Shown here: positions 17,051 to 27,229 of the stretch, piece by piece
Layout: each line of letters starts with the position of its first letter
How positions within the stretch are numbered: position 1 is the stretch's first letter
Translations under genes and position numbers: made by a program
NCBI GenBank assembly: GCA_051382295.1
Contig: JBBCAW010000130.1
Location: forward strand, 1 to 40,080
Length of the DNA stretch: 40,080 nt
Direction of reading: 5' to 3'
Source of the DNA: Bdellovibrionota bacterium FG-1
GTDB lineage: Bacteria > Bdellovibrionota > UBA1018
The notes under the pieces: generated by a model
Told to the model about the DNA's origin: nothing
Seen by the model: only the letters and a program-made list of their open reading frames with translations
The model's database searches: none

Positions 17051-18535
17051 ATGTTCCCAATCCCTTGGCTCTTGCCCGCAATCCATCTTATGATTGAGCG
17101 CCCCCCGATCACCCTCAACCCTCGGCGCGCCACGGACGCCCTTAGCCAAAAGCTAGATGCCTTGATGTTCAGAGGCTTGACTCGAATCAACGCTCAACTT
17201 GAGGCCGAGCCCGATCTAGCCGCTCGTTGGAAAATCCTAGATGGTGGAAAAACCTGGATATTTCCAATTCAACCCGGCCTTAAGGACCACGGAGGAGAAA
17301 CGATCTCGGCGGAACGCATTGCCAGCTGCCTAGAAAATTACATGACAGCAAAGCCCGCTACGCCTTTTCGAGGTTCCTTTCCGGGGTGGACTCAAGCACG
17401 AGCCGAGAATGGGGCCGTGTGGATTGAACTCAGTCGCCCAAATCCTTATTTGGCGCGAAACGTGAGCTTATTCCGATACTTTCGGGTCGAAGGAGACTCT
17501 CATCCCTGCATCGAGCCCTCAGCTCATCAGGCGATCATCGGGAGCGGAATGTACCGACAACCCGTCTGGAATCCGGCCCCCGAGAGCCAGATCATGCTTA
17601 CGCCTTTTGAGCCTGTGGCTGAGGGCCGCCCTCCGCTTGAAATCCAGATTGTAGGCGACGACAACACCCGTGTGATCAAACTTTTGCGAGGAGAAGTGGA
17701 CGTCGCCGCTCCCTACACGGTTTCACTCACCAAAAGTCGGTGGCTCACCAGCCATTATCCAGATCGCTTTGAATTGCTCGAAACCGAGGGGGTTTCAGTC
17801 AGCTATCTCGCCTTTAATTTGCGCGACCCTATTTTGAGTCAAAAAGCAGTCCGCCAGGCGATTGCCTTGGCCATCCCCCGCGACTTGATTGTTAAAAATA
17901 AATTTTTGAATTCTTGTCAGTCCGCAGGAAGCCTTTTATCAGCAAGACTGCCAGAAAGTCTTCAAACCAACTTTGCCTACGACCCCCAACGGGCCGAGGT
18001 CCTTCTGGATTCGGCGGGCTTTCGTCGCCCTTCGCCGGGCGCCTCCCGTTTTACCCTTCATTATCGAACTACACCGGTCCGTGAAGGATTCGAAACTGGG
18101 CTGATGATTCAAGACGTGCTCCGAAAAATTGGGATCAAAGTTTCGATCGAATCGGTGGAGCCTGCCGTCTTCTTGGCCTCGATCAAAAAAGGCGCTTTTC
18201 AGCTGTATTCTTCACGATGGATCGGAATTTCGGACGCCTCGATCTTGTATCGAACCCTGCGAGCGGGACAACTGGACAATCGAGTGGGCTATGATAACTC
18301 AATCATGAATGACCTCCTTGATCGGGCGATCACTGAAATCGATCTCGACAAAAGACGCCCACTCATGCAAAAAGCCCAAGCCCTCATGGCTGAAGATTTA
18401 CCCTACTTTCCACTTTGGTTTTGGAATAACTCGATCATTATCCGAAAAGGCCTCACCGGCCTTCAAGCAAAAGATTTATCCTTAAGCGGAGCCTACGAAC
18501 CACTCACTCATTTGCGAAGGGAGCCCCCTTTATGA
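17051..18535 (+). CDS. Family 5 ABC substrate-binding protein (peptide/nickel type)
   Basis: EPDLAARW, YLAFNLRDPIL...VRQAIALAI, DLPYFPLW. Start moved to the ATG at 17051 to avoid overlapping udk. Confidence 0.85.
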   Translation: MFPIPWLLPAIHLMIERPPITLNPRRATDALSQKLDALMFRGLTRINAQLEAEPDLAARWKILDGGKTWIFPIQPGLKDHGGETISAERIASCLENYMTAKPATPFRGSFPGWTQARAENGAVWIELSRPNPYLARNVSLFRYFRVEGDSHPCIEPSAHQAIIGSGMYRQPVWNPAPESQIMLTPFEPVAEGRPPLEIQIVGDDNTRVIKLLRGEVDVAAPYTVSLTKSRWLTSHYPDRFELLETEGVSVSYLAFNLRDPILSQKAVRQAIALAIPRDLIVKNKFLNSCQSAGSLLSARLPESLQTNFAYDPQRAEVLLDSAGFRRPSPGASRFTLHYRTTPVREGFETGLMIQDVLRKIGIKVSIESVEPAVFLASIKKGAFQLYSSRWIGISDASILYRTLRAGQLDNRVGYDNSIMNDLLDRAITEIDLDKRRPLMQKAQALMAEDLPYFPLWFWNNSIIIRKGLTGLQAKDLSLSGAYEPLTHLRREPPL

Positions 18536-19323
18536 AACGCCTGCTCTGTCCTCAACTTCCAAAACCCAATCGCCCCTCCCCTCTTGCTGAAACCGAAGCT
18601 GTCCATGCCATCAGGGTGCTGCGACTCAAAAATGGCGACACCGTCGAAGCGATTGACGGCCAAGGGCACTCGGCGCCCGCGATATTGCGAATTCATGGCG
18701 GTTTGGCGCGCCTTGAACTCGCCGCGACGGACCTCTATACAGCGCAGGTCCGTACGTCCGCACCTGATACCATCGTGCCACTCACGCTCGAGCTAGCGAT
18801 CCTCAAAGGGGACGCCATGGGATGGGCGGTCGAAAAGTCAGTGGAACTCGGAGTCAGCCGCCTGATTCCGACTATCACCGCGCATACCGTGGTTCAGGTC
18901 AAAATGAAGGGCCCCGAAGCCTTTCGCGAAAGATGGCAAAAAATCGCGGACCAAGCGCTCAAACAATGTGGACGATTGGATAGGCTGATCATTGATCTTC
19001 CTACTCCGCTCGAGGAACTCATCGCACGAGAGCCCTCCTCAACGGATTCGCCCCGTTTTTGGTGCGACGAAGCGGCAACAGATGCGACGCCAGATCTGCT
19101 CAGTGCCTTTCGCGCTTCTTCTGCGCCTATCCACCCAGTGCGACTCTTGATTGGTCCTGAAGGCGGCTGGAGCGAGCAAGAACGGGAGCTACTGAGTGCC
19201 GCCGCTCAACGAGTGAGCCTAGGACCCCTTGTGCTACGGGCTGAAACTGCTGCGGTTTTTGGTTCGAGCGTATTGGTCGCAGGGTTAAGATCGGCAAATC
19301 GCTTGACAAGAACAGGCGGTTAG
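18532..19323 (+). CDS. rsmE: 16S rRNA m3U1498 methyltransferase
   Basis: HAIRVLRL, EKSVELGV, KQCGR, IGPEGG, LGPLVLRAETAA. Confidence 0.95.
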   Translation: MKRLLCPQLPKPNRPSPLAETEAVHAIRVLRLKNGDTVEAIDGQGHSAPAILRIHGGLARLELAATDLYTAQVRTSAPDTIVPLTLELAILKGDAMGWAVEKSVELGVSRLIPTITAHTVVQVKMKGPEAFRERWQKIADQALKQCGRLDRLIIDLPTPLEELIAREPSSTDSPRFWCDEAATDATPDLLSAFRASSAPIHPVRLLIGPEGGWSEQERELLSAAAQRVSLGPLVLRAETAAVFGSSVLVAGLRSANRLTRTGG

Positions 19324-19359
19324 CAGAATTTATTAAAACCGGATGGATGGGCCGGAATC

Positions 19360-20085
19360 ATGGCGTTACCTCCTCAGACGAATAGAAGCTCAACTCCAAA
19401 ACAACCCGAACTGAAATTTCAGCCTCTCTCCGAGGGCTTGGGCTTTCATCCCTTTTCGGATGGTTTGCCATATGCGCCGATCGCAAAAACCCAGACCAGT
19501 CGAGTGACTGCCGCCGCAAGCACCGCTAGCCGCTCCTCAGGATCCGGGGCCACGGTAGCTGGGCCTGTCCAGTATGCGCGGATCTCAGTGCCGGTGGCGA
19601 CGCAGGTCGCTTCCAAAAATCAAAAACCGACACAAGCTGCTCTGCCCGCAGCCCAACCGCCCCCCCTCGAAGCCGACCTAGGCGCCGAATATGTATTCAA
19701 ACGTGTTTTTGCCTATTTACTGGACACAATCATCAACACGGGCTTGTGCGCGGGTGCTTTGAGTGCCGCGCTCTGGAAAGAAAATCTCAGCCCTGAGCTG
19801 CTGTTAAATCCAGGAATCGTCCTTCTGGCCGGGTTATTTTTAGGAGTTTTTAATTGGGCAATCACCACGGCGCAAGAAGTGGCGTTTGGCACCAGTATCG
19901 GCAAGCGACTCTTCGGTTTAGCACTTCAAGGAACAGCCTCTGCCCTATTTTTGAGAGCGTTCTTTTTTATTCCTAGCCTTTGCTTTGCCGGCATTGGGCT
20001 CATTTGGGCGCTGTTTGATCGAAAACGACGCTGTTGGCATGACTTGGTGGTTGATCTCCAACCGATCGAAATCAACAACCTGTAA
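19360..20085 (+). CDS. RDD-family membrane protein
   Basis: KRVFAYLLD, SIGKRLFGL, RCWHDLV. Confidence 0.85.
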   Translation: MALPPQTNRSSTPKQPELKFQPLSEGLGFHPFSDGLPYAPIAKTQTSRVTAAASTASRSSGSGATVAGPVQYARISVPVATQVASKNQKPTQAALPAAQPPPLEADLGAEYVFKRVFAYLLDTIINTGLCAGALSAALWKENLSPELLLNPGIVLLAGLFLGVFNWAITTAQEVAFGTSIGKRLFGLALQGTASALFLRAFFFIPSLCFAGIGLIWALFDRKRRCWHDLVVDLQPIEINNL

Positions 20086-20097
20086 ACGGACTGGATT

Positions 20098-20598
20098 ATG
20101 GCCACTCCTTCCCCTCGCAAACACCTGAGTAAGATCAAGAGTCCAGAGTCGATTCGACGTGCTCTAGGGAAGAAGAAAAAAAAATTCCGCGTTGTTTTTA
20201 CAAATGGCTGCTTTGATTTGATCCATAAAGGCCACGTCACCTACCTCGAGCGCGCTCGAACGTTAGGTGAAGTTCTTATTGTTGCGCTCAACAGTGACGA
20301 CTCGGTCCAAAGACTGAAAGGACCAGAACGCCCGATCAATCCACTAGCTGATCGCCTTGAAGTCATGGCCGCCCTCGAAAGCGTCGACTTCGTAACCTGG
20401 TTTGAAGAAGACACGCCATTAAAAACGATTCTGAAAATCCAACCCTCGATTCTCGTCAAGGGCGGCGACTGGAGCGTCGAAGCCATCGTGGGCGCGACCG
20501 AAGTAAAAAGCTGGGGCGGAAAGGTTAAATCCCTGCCCTACGTCAAGGGCCGGAGTACGACGGAGATTTTGGCACGGGCGCGGGCGGTTCGAAGATAA
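20098..20598 (+). CDS. rfaE2: D-glycero-beta-D-manno-heptose 1-phosphate adenylyltransferase (RfaE domain II, HldC)
   Basis: [37 protein letters not shown]. Confidence 0.92.
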   Translation: MATPSPRKHLSKIKSPESIRRALGKKKKKFRVVFTNGCFDLIHKGHVTYLERARTLGEVLIVALNSDDSVQRLKGPERPINPLADRLEVMAALESVDFVTWFEEDTPLKTILKIQPSILVKGGDWSVEAIVGATEVKSWGGKVKSLPYVKGRSTTEILARARAVRR

Positions 20599-20673
20599 TA
20601 CCTCGGCAAATTCTGCCCATTTAAAGGCACCCAAAAATCCCCTATGATCTGAGTCTTAGAGGAGCGGAAGGAC

Positions 20674-21096
20674 ATGATGGACGTCGCAAACCTGAATCGA
20701 TCAGCAGATATGAAAGAAGAGCAACGCTGGGCGGATTTTGTGAAGCAACGTCGCACAGAACAGAAAGCCGAACTCACGTCGATCGAATCGGACCATGAGA
20801 AAGATGTCGACTCTGTCCTGAAAAACCATAAAAAAGACATCGATCAACTCGAACAGGCCTACAAAGTCGAACTCACTCAACTCAGGGAGTCAAACACAAA
20901 AGAGCTCGATTCTGAGCGAAAAATTCACGAACAATCGATCAAGGGTGAAAAAGATGCCGCTGAAAAAGAGTTTGAAAAAACTCGGGAACGTGAGCGCACC
21001 CACCTTGAAACCTACAAAAAAAACCAGGAAATCGCGCTTGAGAAAATGCACGAGCGCTTTCAAGCCGCCACGGATGAGCTCCAAAAGCGCAATTAG
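20674..21096 (+). CDS. Hypothetical coiled-coil protein
   Basis: 140 aa, E/K/Q-rich heptads, SD-like sequence upstream. Confidence 0.7.
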   Translation: MMDVANLNRSADMKEEQRWADFVKQRRTEQKAELTSIESDHEKDVDSVLKNHKKDIDQLEQAYKVELTQLRESNTKELDSERKIHEQSIKGEKDAAEKEFEKTRERERTHLETYKKNQEIALEKMHERFQAATDELQKRN

Positions 21097-21105
21097 CCGC
21101 GCCGC

Positions 21106-21633
21106 TTAACCACGAAAGACGCGATCAAAAAAGGCCACGGAAGTCAGGGCCACTCCATAGGTCATACAAATCAAAAAGGCTACGCCCGGGCCGACCCCCG
21201 AATACAAAATGGGTTTGACTGAATGCAGAAACAAATTCCACTCAAAAACCCAACTAAAGAATCCCCAGACCGCACCCATCGCTAACAAACTACCTAAAGC
21301 ATTGGTTTTAACAAAATGAGCGTAAATAAAACCCCAAAATGCCGAAGCCACTTCAAAAAGGCCGAAACCCACTAGTACCGTACTTATCCCAGATGAATAA
21401 TCTGTGGCCTCCCACCCCAAAATCGCGGTGGCCATCAATTTAGCAGGATAAACAAATTCCATTCCGCTCGCCACGGCCACTACAGCTGCCACTGCCATCG
21501 CCAAGAAACCCGCAAAGAGACCGGCAGCAATCCCCGCCGCCCAACGAACGCGATCAGCGACAAGCCATGTAGCAACTAAATCAATGTCTTCAGGAGGTAA
21601 GGCTTGGTCTTGGGTGGATATTGGCGAATGCAT
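21106..21633 (-). CDS. Hypothetical membrane protein (about 4 TM)
   Basis: Multiple hydrophobic Gly-rich helices; AGGAG upstream. Confidence 0.75.
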   Translation of the reverse strand: MHSPISTQDQALPPEDIDLVATWLVADRVRWAAGIAAGLFAGFLAMAVAAVVAVASGMEFVYPAKLMATAILGWEATDYSSGISTVLVGFGLFEVASAFWGFIYAHFVKTNALGSLLAMGAVWGFFSWVFEWNLFLHSVKPILYSGVGPGVAFLICMTYGVALTSVAFFDRVFRG

Positions 21634-21634
21634 C

Positions 21635-22117
21635 TCAAATGACTCCTGTATTTTTTAATCGACCGGGCCTTTGAATCCGCCGCACGACCGCATCTTGAGC
21701 CTGTCCAAAAAGCGGCACCATCAACCCTGCACTCAATAACAGCGGCAAAAGAAGAACTTGACTCGTATGCAACTCTCTTAGCTTTGGCTCCAATAAAAAG
21801 AGCAGGCCGAAAGATACAATCCAAAAAAAAGTCCAAATACGAGTGAGGTTGGCCATCAGACCAATGCGGCGCGTAAATTCTTGTCGCTCCACAGCAAGTG
21901 TCGTCAAAAGCACAACAAAACCAATCACATTGGTTTTGACGATGGCCCAAAGAATTTCTTCCAAATTCCAAGCCAAGACATGAAGGGCACAATAAACACT
22001 GACCCCGGATGCTATCATTCCAACAATTACGGCAACCATGAGGACTCTATTTCGCACAGCTCCCTCGAGTTGCCTAGAAATTACCTTCGAACCGTTTCTT
22101 TTCCCCAATTGACCCAT
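21635..22117 (-). CDS. Hypothetical membrane protein (about 4 TM)
   Basis: Hydrophobic segments; 1-nt gap to the downstream gene. Confidence 0.65.
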   Translation of the reverse strand: MGQLGKRNGSKVISRQLEGAVRNRVLMVAVIVGMIASGVSVYCALHVLAWNLEEILWAIVKTNVIGFVVLLTTLAVERQEFTRRIGLMANLTRIWTFFWIVSFGLLFLLEPKLRELHTSQVLLLPLLLSAGLMVPLFGQAQDAVVRRIQRPGRLKNTGVI

Positions 22118-22145
22118 TGCACCAGTCAGTCATAATGGAAGAATA

Positions 22146-23105
22146 ATGCCACTCATCATCGATTCTCACGCGCATATATTTCCGAACCCTTTACAACAAT
22201 TCACGCCGGAAAATGTCCGCGTACCTATTGAAGCGATTCGACGACGTGCTCGTTCTTGGCTGAAACCCGTTGTGGGTTCATTGCACAAGGCTCAGGTTTT
22301 TCTTCGGCACATCCCTGAACCCGCGCGGTTTGCATTGGATGAAATCAGCGGTCTAGCACCGCTCCCGTCGCTTTTATTCGAATCCACTTCAAGCGACTTA
22401 ATTGCCTCCATGGACGAAGATTCCATCAACTTTGCACTCGTCCTCGCTCATCCCCCGATGATCTCAAATGAGTCGATCATGCAGGAATGTAAAAACGAAC
22501 CCCGTCTCCTTTCGGTAGTCAATATTCCGGCTGGAACCGCCCGCCCGGGGGTAGTACTCAAAAACTTTATAAAACAGGGGGCTAAAGCGCTCAAAATCCA
22601 TCCCGCCGCTGACAGTGACGGCCCAAAATCCCCTCGTTATCGCTTATTATTGAAAGCCGCTGAGGATCTTGGAATTCCTGTAATCATACATACAGGATGC
22701 TTAAATTCGCATCTATTTTACCGCAACCCCCAACTAGGACAAGCCCAGCGCTATGAAAATTGGTTTGAGACCTATCCTCATCTTCGATTTATCCTTGCGC
22801 ATATGAATTTCCATGAACCGCTCATCGCCCTCGACCTGATGGAAAAGCACAACAACCTCTTTGCCGATACCTCTTGGCAGCCAGCAGAAATCATTGGGGA
22901 AGCCGTACGAAGAGTGGGAGCCGAACGAATATTATTTGGAACCGACTGGCCTTTTATCGGAAACAATCTCGATATCGGACTGGCTCGCGTCCGTGACTGC
23001 ATTGAATCCGGAGTGGTCACAGAGGCACAGTCGGAGCTCATCTTGGGCCAAAATGCCCTTAAACTATTTGCCATTCAGCCGCAAAAGGTCAGCCATGGCC
23101 CTTGA
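22146..23105 (+). CDS. Amidohydrolase-2 family metallohydrolase
   Basis: IDSHAH, LKIHP, IHTG, ILAH, LFGTDWP. Confidence 0.9.
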   Translation: MPLIIDSHAHIFPNPLQQFTPENVRVPIEAIRRRARSWLKPVVGSLHKAQVFLRHIPEPARFALDEISGLAPLPSLLFESTSSDLIASMDEDSINFALVLAHPPMISNESIMQECKNEPRLLSVVNIPAGTARPGVVLKNFIKQGAKALKIHPAADSDGPKSPRYRLLLKAAEDLGIPVIIHTGCLNSHLFYRNPQLGQAQRYENWFETYPHLRFILAHMNFHEPLIALDLMEKHNNLFADTSWQPAEIIGEAVRRVGAERILFGTDWPFIGNNLDIGLARVRDCIESGVVTEAQSELILGQNALKLFAIQPQKVSHGP

Positions 23106-24036
23106 ATTCACACAAATGACCGGCTCCCAGTTCGACTTACTTTCTCCGGAAAAAACAGTATTCTTTTTTCCCGTAGGTCCCCTAGAGGACTACGGCCCCC
23201 ATCTTCCTCTAGGTCTAGCTCTCGCGGAAGCGACGAGCCTTTGCCAACGAATGGCTCAACGGATTGAGACCGAAATGCAGGGATGGACTGCGGTGATCAT
23301 GCCGACCGCTCCGCTCGGCTTGGACACGGCTACAAGCAAGCTTGCCCTTTCAGTTCGACCCCACGTTTTAAGGGACTGGCTCGTCGATGCTTGCGATGGT
23401 CTCATTCGCTCAGGACACCTTCACTTTGTTTGTTTCAGTGGCAATCTAGGTCCGAAACAGCTTACCGCCATCGAAGAAGCCGGCGCGCTGATCCAAAAAC
23501 GCACACGATGGCGCCGCTTTTGGCGAAACCTATCCGGCCGGCGCGCTCTACAACCCCTTCCCGCCTTGATTTCGGCCAGCTCAGCCAAAGTGTCGCCTCA
23601 GACCGTCTGGCAATCGCCTCTGTTTTTTGCCCCCGCAGAACACGGTGGAAGAAGAGATACTTCAGTCGCGTTAGCGCTTGATCCCAAAAAAGTCATTTCC
23701 ACCTTTGCAGCGCTCCCCGGAAAAGAACGACCGGAGTCAACACTTTGGCGCCAAAAATGGGTTCATCACTTCGGCAAAAGCCAGGGTTATTGGGGAAAAC
23801 CCGCTGAAAGCACCGCGCAGTGGGGAGAAAGCGTACTCCAAGAAACGATCCAGGAGCTCTTTCCTAAGATCAAAGCAGTCCTCGAAGGAGCGGACCCGCA
23901 ACTTCTTTTTCGGTCTTGGTATTCTATTTTCCCTTCCAATCGAACTTTCTTCAAAGCCTGGATGCTCGCCTTCGCCTTCGGAGCTGTTTTACTCACATGG
24001 GTATTTTTGAATCTTTGGTCCGCCATGAATATTTAA
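23095..24036 (+). CDS. Creatininase-family protein with degenerate active site and C-terminal TM anchor
   Basis: FPVGPLEDYGPHLPLG, EHGGRRDTS, GYWGKP; start reassigned to MALEF at 23095. Confidence 0.8.
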   Translation: MALEFTQMTGSQFDLLSPEKTVFFFPVGPLEDYGPHLPLGLALAEATSLCQRMAQRIETEMQGWTAVIMPTAPLGLDTATSKLALSVRPHVLRDWLVDACDGLIRSGHLHFVCFSGNLGPKQLTAIEEAGALIQKRTRWRRFWRNLSGRRALQPLPALISASSAKVSPQTVWQSPLFFAPAEHGGRRDTSVALALDPKKVISTFAALPGKERPESTLWRQKWVHHFGKSQGYWGKPAESTAQWGESVLQETIQELFPKIKAVLEGADPQLLFRSWYSIFPSNRTFFKAWMLAFAFGAVLLTWVFLNLWSAMNI

Positions 24037-24096
24037 TTAAATGTCCACCCACAAACGATAATTGCCATATTTTTAAAACCAGGTGAAAATAGGGAG

Positions 24097-25176
24097 GTGG
24101 TCCCTCCTCCTCCTACGTTAGATACTTCCGACTTTGGCCCTCCAGAAGCCCTAACAACGGCCTTCGCTGAAAAGCTCAACCATTTTATGGTTCGGTTCGT
24201 TGGGACCGCAATCGCCGCGGGGTTAGATGAGGCGCTCAGTGAAACGCCTAGCGTCGATCTCAAAATTAAAATCTTACTGAATGAATTCTTAGACCGGCCG
24301 GATCTTTCTGAAATTTTTGTCAAGACCGTTTCAAGCATGCGTAATCGAGAGGAAGCCATCCCCATCGAAGAGTGTGTTCGTATTTTCGGGGTGCAGAATA
24401 CCCTCGCTTTTTTGATCACCTATAAATTAGCAGATCACCTCCAATGTAAATCTCTCCTAAAAGACGCAAAAACCGGACGCATTCTTCAACAACCCGGACA
24501 AATTCTCAAATACGCGGTCAAGGTTCAACAGGCTTTCGAAGAGGAACGACGACACGTCGAAACCGCCTTTGCCGCAGGTCTGGTCTTCGATTTGTTGACG
24601 ATGATTATCGCGACTGATTATCCCCCCGGTGACCAAAAACGACTGACGGACTTCTTAGATGCAAGATTTCAACGGGGGATGGGCATTATCGCCTACGCTC
24701 AAAAGCTTGCCCGTTCCATGAAGAAACTTCGCCTCGAGCAATACCTGGCCGCAGGACCGCTTCTTCGAGAGGCGGCTAAAGTCGCCATGGCCATGTCCTT
24801 CCCTCCTTATCAGGATTTTTTAAAAGCCTGCGACAAAATCAAGCTTCCACTTTCATTGCGCGCGGTCGCCGAAAGAGAGCGGTTTGGCGGCGACTACCAA
24901 GCCTTTTCGATTGTCCTGTCGTGGAGTTTTGATCTGGTTTCTGGCGTAGGGGAGTCCATTTTGCAATTCGATGCGCCCCATGTTTTTCTGGAAGAAAGAA
25001 AAGCCGACGAATTCGACCTTGCGGCGCTGTGTTTTTTAGCCGCCTTTATCGGGAGAGTCGGAACCTCGGACAAAGCCCTTTCCGGCGCGGTTAAGGCGGC
25101 CGAACTCCGCCACGAACTCAAAGGGTTTGACCTCACCTTTACGTTAGCTGCGATTCTCAAAAAAGAGGGAGGCTAA
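24097..25176 (+). CDS. HDOD-like all-helical signalling protein (degenerate)
   Basis: IEECVRIFG, ETAFAAGLVFD and AERERFG resemble HDOD patterns; start uncertain. Confidence 0.55.
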   Translation: MVPPPPTLDTSDFGPPEALTTAFAEKLNHFMVRFVGTAIAAGLDEALSETPSVDLKIKILLNEFLDRPDLSEIFVKTVSSMRNREEAIPIEECVRIFGVQNTLAFLITYKLADHLQCKSLLKDAKTGRILQQPGQILKYAVKVQQAFEEERRHVETAFAAGLVFDLLTMIIATDYPPGDQKRLTDFLDARFQRGMGIIAYAQKLARSMKKLRLEQYLAAGPLLREAAKVAMAMSFPPYQDFLKACDKIKLPLSLRAVAERERFGGDYQAFSIVLSWSFDLVSGVGESILQFDAPHVFLEERKADEFDLAALCFLAAFIGRVGTSDKALSGAVKAAELRHELKGFDLTFTLAAILKKEGG

Positions 25177-25179
25177 CCC

Positions 25180-25782
25180 GTGAAGATTAAATTAGAAATC
25201 TACAAAGACCTTTTAGTATTAGCCGCCCAACAAGATGTTTCGGTTCGGAGCATTGAGGTTCTTTTTGCCGGATTCAGAAAACTCACCGCGCTTAAAATTC
25301 CGTGGATCTTTGTCGATTTTTCAAATGCGGAATTAACCCTTGATGCGGTCAAATTTGCCCTCATTTCAAAAAGCAAACTGAAAGGACCTAAAATTAAACG
25401 GGTCTTCATCGTGGGCAGCATCGCGGGGCTTTGCGATGCACCGACGATGGAAAAGGCGCTGGAAATCTGCCAATGCCTTGAAGCAAAAATTCTATTAAAG
25501 AAAATTCGTTTAGAAGGGGAGATCAACGAGCTCAAGCAAAAGAAGATAAGCGTCGAGGAAACCAAAGCTAAATTGACCGCACGCCGGGCCACGGAATACG
25601 GGCTGGCAGCGGAAAATCGCCAATTTCGACGAATTAAAAAGGCCATGGAAAAACAAATCACCGAGTATCAGTTGATGACTGAATGGCTGGCCAAGCATAC
25701 GACGGCAAGCGAGCAGCTCGCAGCTGCAAAAAACCTTCGGGAAGAGGTCATTCGAACACTCCGCGAGGCTCAAATGATATGA
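25180..25782 (+). CDS. Hypothetical protein with STAS-like N-terminus and coiled-coil C-terminus
   Basis: WIFVDFSNA resembles the STAS strand-Asp motif; GGGAGG before a GTG start. Confidence 0.5.
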   Translation: MKIKLEIYKDLLVLAAQQDVSVRSIEVLFAGFRKLTALKIPWIFVDFSNAELTLDAVKFALISKSKLKGPKIKRVFIVGSIAGLCDAPTMEKALEICQCLEAKILLKKIRLEGEINELKQKKISVEETKAKLTARRATEYGLAAENRQFRRIKKAMEKQITEYQLMTEWLAKHTTASEQLAAAKNLREEVIRTLREAQMI

Positions 25783-26111
25783 CGGACGAAGCATCCGGCC
25801 CCTACGTTCCCAAAGATCTCAAAGCCATTACGGACGCCCTTGAACAAGAATGCGCAATTCTGAGAGACGAGGTCGAAAAACTGGAGGCCGTCACGGGCGA
25901 CAGCGAAAAGTTGTTAAACGAAAACGCCCAACTTCGCGCCGATCTAGAAACCCTGCAAACACAGGTTGCCGGGACGATTACGGTCTCTCATCGCCTAGAC
26001 GATATCCGGCACGTGGCGCGAAATGTTGAAATTATGCAAAGCGATCTCGATATTCTTCGCAATCCCAAGGGCAAACCCGGAGCAAAAACACCAGCACCGG
26101 CAGCAAAATAA
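25779..26111 (+). CDS. Hypothetical coiled-coil protein
   Basis: ATGA overlap with the upstream gene; heptad-rich MTDEASG... sequence. Confidence 0.65.
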   Translation: MTDEASGPYVPKDLKAITDALEQECAILRDEVEKLEAVTGDSEKLLNENAQLRADLETLQTQVAGTITVSHRLDDIRHVARNVEIMQSDLDILRNPKGKPGAKTPAPAAK

Positions 26112-26150
26112 CCGTCGCGCTTCCCACTGTCCAGTGTTACGACTCCGAAA

Positions 26151-27191
26151 ATGAGTGACTCTTTTAAACACGCCTCCCTTTTAACCTTTGCGCTCTCACT
26201 TCTGGCCCAACCAACATGGGCCGCCACTGATTTCCCCTGGGCTGCGATTTCGGATCACTTAGTCGCCGAAGCTAACGCGGGACATTCGATTGAGACCCTT
26301 TTTTTTCAGGCAGCTCCCGAACTTAAATCTGCGCTTCATGAAGATTCCAAGCGTGAGAGTTTTAAAAAAATGTGGGGCAAAAGTATCAATTATGACGAAC
26401 TCGCCAAGGACATCATTGTCCACCCCGCCATCCTTGCGATGTTGGCCGATCAAATGAAAATCCCGCTCAAACTTTTTCCGCCCATGACCCGGATTCGCGC
26501 CGATAAGCCTGATCAGGAAGCAACAGCAGAACTTCGTCGCTCAGCGGAAGCAATGCCGACGGATGAAAAAGGGCACACCATTGTGCACGCAGGCATGGAA
26601 CATACCTACGGCTACTTATTCAGTACTCTAAAGACGCCGTTTGGCTACAAACGGGCTCGCTGGAATGAAGGCGAAATGACTCGTGGTTTTGACCTGCCCG
26701 CTGGCACCCTTGGACCCTCACCCAAGGAAGGAACGCTTTTTGCCAACGTGACCTATTTTGGGGGCTCGATCGCCTTTAGGGATGAGCCAGGCACTTTGAC
26801 CCTTCTCAAGAAGGGAGCGGCCGGGATTCCAAAGTCGCTTCTGAGTTTTAACTACTCAGCCCTTCGTCCTACTCGCTTGGTTGAAAAAGTGTTCGCTGAG
26901 GATGAGCTTGGGAACAAACGCCTCGTGACCTTGCGAACGGATTTGGTTCCTTTTCTATCGGCCCAAAAAAATACCCATCTTTTGATTTATTCGATTCATG
27001 ACCCTTTACGCGGCGCCCCTGTTTTAATCACGCTCTTTCCGGTCACGCAGGCTTTTGTGAACACCGTTTTAAAACCGAGCGCCCTGGGCAAAGACCAGGC
27101 AATCCAAACTCGATACAACGGTTTTGTGGCGGGGGGCTCTGGCAAAATATTGAAGGGCTCCCGGCTCATCCAAACCTCTCCGTCACCCTAG
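26151..27191 (+). CDS. Secreted hypothetical protein
   Basis: Signal peptide ending TWA; motif-like block HAGMEHTYGYLFS...GYKRARW. Confidence 0.7.
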   Translation: MSDSFKHASLLTFALSLLAQPTWAATDFPWAAISDHLVAEANAGHSIETLFFQAAPELKSALHEDSKRESFKKMWGKSINYDELAKDIIVHPAILAMLADQMKIPLKLFPPMTRIRADKPDQEATAELRRSAEAMPTDEKGHTIVHAGMEHTYGYLFSTLKTPFGYKRARWNEGEMTRGFDLPAGTLGPSPKEGTLFANVTYFGGSIAFRDEPGTLTLLKKGAAGIPKSLLSFNYSALRPTRLVEKVFAEDELGNKRLVTLRTDLVPFLSAQKNTHLLIYSIHDPLRGAPVLITLFPVTQAFVNTVLKPSALGKDQAIQTRYNGFVAGGSGKILKGSRLIQTSPSP

Positions 27192-27229
27192 CCCTTGCCC
27201 CCGTTTGCGGCCAGTGTTAGGAACCTTGC

